Source: Thermoproteaceae archaeon
GTDB lineage: Archaea; Thermoproteota; Thermoprotei; Thermoproteales; Thermoproteaceae
Direction: 5' to 3'
DNA: 16,035 nt
Assembly (NCBI GenBank): GCA_020833025.1
Contig: JAJHRB010000036.1
Span: 1-16,035 of the forward strand
Both the position numbers and the translations under genes were made by a program. A model generated the notes under the pieces. The model was given only the letters and a program-made list of their open reading frames with translations, had not been told where the DNA came from and searched no databases. Positions 14,742 to 16,035 of the stretch are shown here, piece after piece. Position 1 is the first letter of the stretch; every line of letters begins with the position of its first letter.

Positions 14742-15926
14742 CTACAGTGACACCTCGGCGAGCTGCCTGAGCACGTACTCCCTCATCTCTCTCTCGCTCT
14801 GCAGCTCCCTCACGAGCCTGCCCTCCTCGAGCCACTTGGCGAGGAGCGGCTCCCCGCAGGGCGGCGTCTCGCCCCACGGGACGGTGACCCTCCTGTCGCC
14901 GCACTTGTACACCTGCTTGAATCCCGGCAGCTTGCCCCGCTTGGTTATTGGAATCCACCTCCCCCCGACCTCTACCTCCACTATATCCATGGAGATGTCA
15001 ATTGATGGGGGGAAGGCTATCGCCGTGCCCACGCCGAAGCCGTCAGCCACGTCTCTGAGCGCATACACTTGACTCTCATCCAGCCCGCCGCTGACAAATA
15101 TTTTAACACTCCCGTGACCGTGCAGCGCCAACGTCCACTTGACCTCCTCGACTATTCTCCTCATGTCGCCTCTCCTACTGCCGGGAGTGTCTAGCCTGAT
15201 GCCGTAGAGCCGCCCCCGCAGCAGTCCCGCCGCCAGCAGTGCCTCCTCTCTCTCGTCTAGGAACGTGTCGGCGAGGACGATCCGCGGCACGTCATCTGGC
15301 ATCACCTTGTCAAACCAGACCCAGGCCAGCGTGTGGTCGCCCCTCACGGCCCTGAATATTATCATCAGTGCGTGCGGCATCGTGCCCGACGGCTTGATGC
15401 CCAGCATCTCGGCGCCGAGCACTGTGGCCACGCCGTCACAGCCCCCGATGTAGGCCGCCCTGTCCGCCATGGGCTGTATGGCCGGGTGGAGCGCCCTGGC
15501 GCCGAAGAAAAAACACAGCTTGTCGCCGGCGGCCTTCTTTATGCGCGCCGCCTTTGTCGATATGCTGGAGTAGTGGCGCGCGATGCCGAGGATTGCAGTC
15601 TCCAGCGCTGCGAACTCGACGTAGGGCCCCTCTATCACCATTATCGGCTCGTTCTCGTAGAATACTGTCCCCTCGGGCATTGCATACAGCGTCACGCGCC
15701 TCCCCTTCAGCAATTCCACGACCTCCTTAAGCCCCGTGAAGAGCGCCCACTTGTAGCCCCTGGGCAGCGACGCGACGTGAAACTCTGCTCTGACCCTAAC
15801 GTCAGAGAGACCCGCGCTTCTCAGCACGTCAATTGTCCTGAGGAAGTACACGTCGGCCGTCCTCCCGGCCGCTATGTCTGCTGGCGCCGCCACGTGAAAC
15901 ACAGGGCGGCGCGGCGCGGCGCTCAA
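14742..15926 (-). CDS. pncB: Nicotinate phosphoribosyltransferase (archaeal type)
   Basis: GRTADVYF, FFGARALHP, GTMPHAL, LADTFLDE, GIRLDTPGSRRG, IFVSGGLDE, GFGVGT, DISMDIVEV and KRGKLPG motifs. TTG start at 15926. Confidence 0.92.
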   Translation of the reverse strand: MSAAPRRPVFHVAAPADIAAGRTADVYFLRTIDVLRSAGLSDVRVRAEFHVASLPRGYKWALFTGLKEVVELLKGRRVTLYAMPEGTVFYENEPIMVIEGPYVEFAALETAILGIARHYSSISTKAARIKKAAGDKLCFFFGARALHPAIQPMADRAAYIGGCDGVATVLGAEMLGIKPSGTMPHALMIIFRAVRGDHTLAWVWFDKVMPDDVPRIVLADTFLDEREEALLAAGLLRGRLYGIRLDTPGSRRGDMRRIVEEVKWTLALHGHGSVKIFVSGGLDESQVYALRDVADGFGVGTAIAFPPSIDISMDIVEVEVGGRWIPITKRGKLPGFKQVYKCGDRRVTVPWGETPPCGEPLLAKWLEEGRLVRELQSEREMREYVLRQLAEVSL

Positions 15927-15947
15927 AAATATTGCCGGGCAAAATTT

Positions 15948-16035
15948 GTGAGTGCCGGCCGGCGGCGCTGCGTGGCGGGATGCCGACAGTGCTGCCCAAT
16001 ACCGCCGGAGGCGGGCGCCGGCGGCGCGGCCGCCC
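15948..16035 (+). CDS. Possible start of a Cys-cluster protein running off the window
   Basis: GTG 15948 reads MSAGRRRCVAGCRQCCPIPPEAGAGGAAA with no stop before the edge; AT-rich AAAAATATT upstream. Only 29 codons are visible. Confidence 0.25.
   Translation, partial: MSAGRRRCVAGCRQCCPIPPEAGAGGAAA

Noticed and set aside
16010-16020. GGCGGGCGCCG, 11-nt complement to the start of the Leu leader
   Set aside because: Too short, lacks the GGTGGT part, and no tRNA 5' exon precedes it.

Overview
GC-rich archaeal chromosomal window, most consistent with Thermoproteales (Pyrobaculum/Thermoproteus-like). This assignment rests on the PyrI sequence, the tRNA intron style and TATA boxes about 20-27 nt upstream of start codons (leaderless genes). 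The right two thirds is housekeeping or conserved: pyrI, a NurA-like nuclease, a NOG1 GTPase, a DUF62 SAM hydrolase, a YkgJ Cys-cluster protein, a geranylgeranyl-reductase-family oxidoreductase, a 953-aa P-loop ATPase with coiled coil and wHTH, rtcA and pncB. The left third is a tRNA-rich variable zone. It holds an intact tRNA-Ser(GGA), a tRNA-Phe(GAA) with two non-canonical introns, an orphan CRISPR-repeat-like sequence, a low-GC islet with interrupted genes and several small ORFs missed by the ORF track. The standout is a tRNA-Leu(GAG) gene that has its own promoter but lacks its first ~21 nt. In their place is a C-rich leader ending in splice-site geometry, as expected for the 3' half of a trans-spliced (split) tRNA. 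All product calls are from motif recognition only; no database searches were run.
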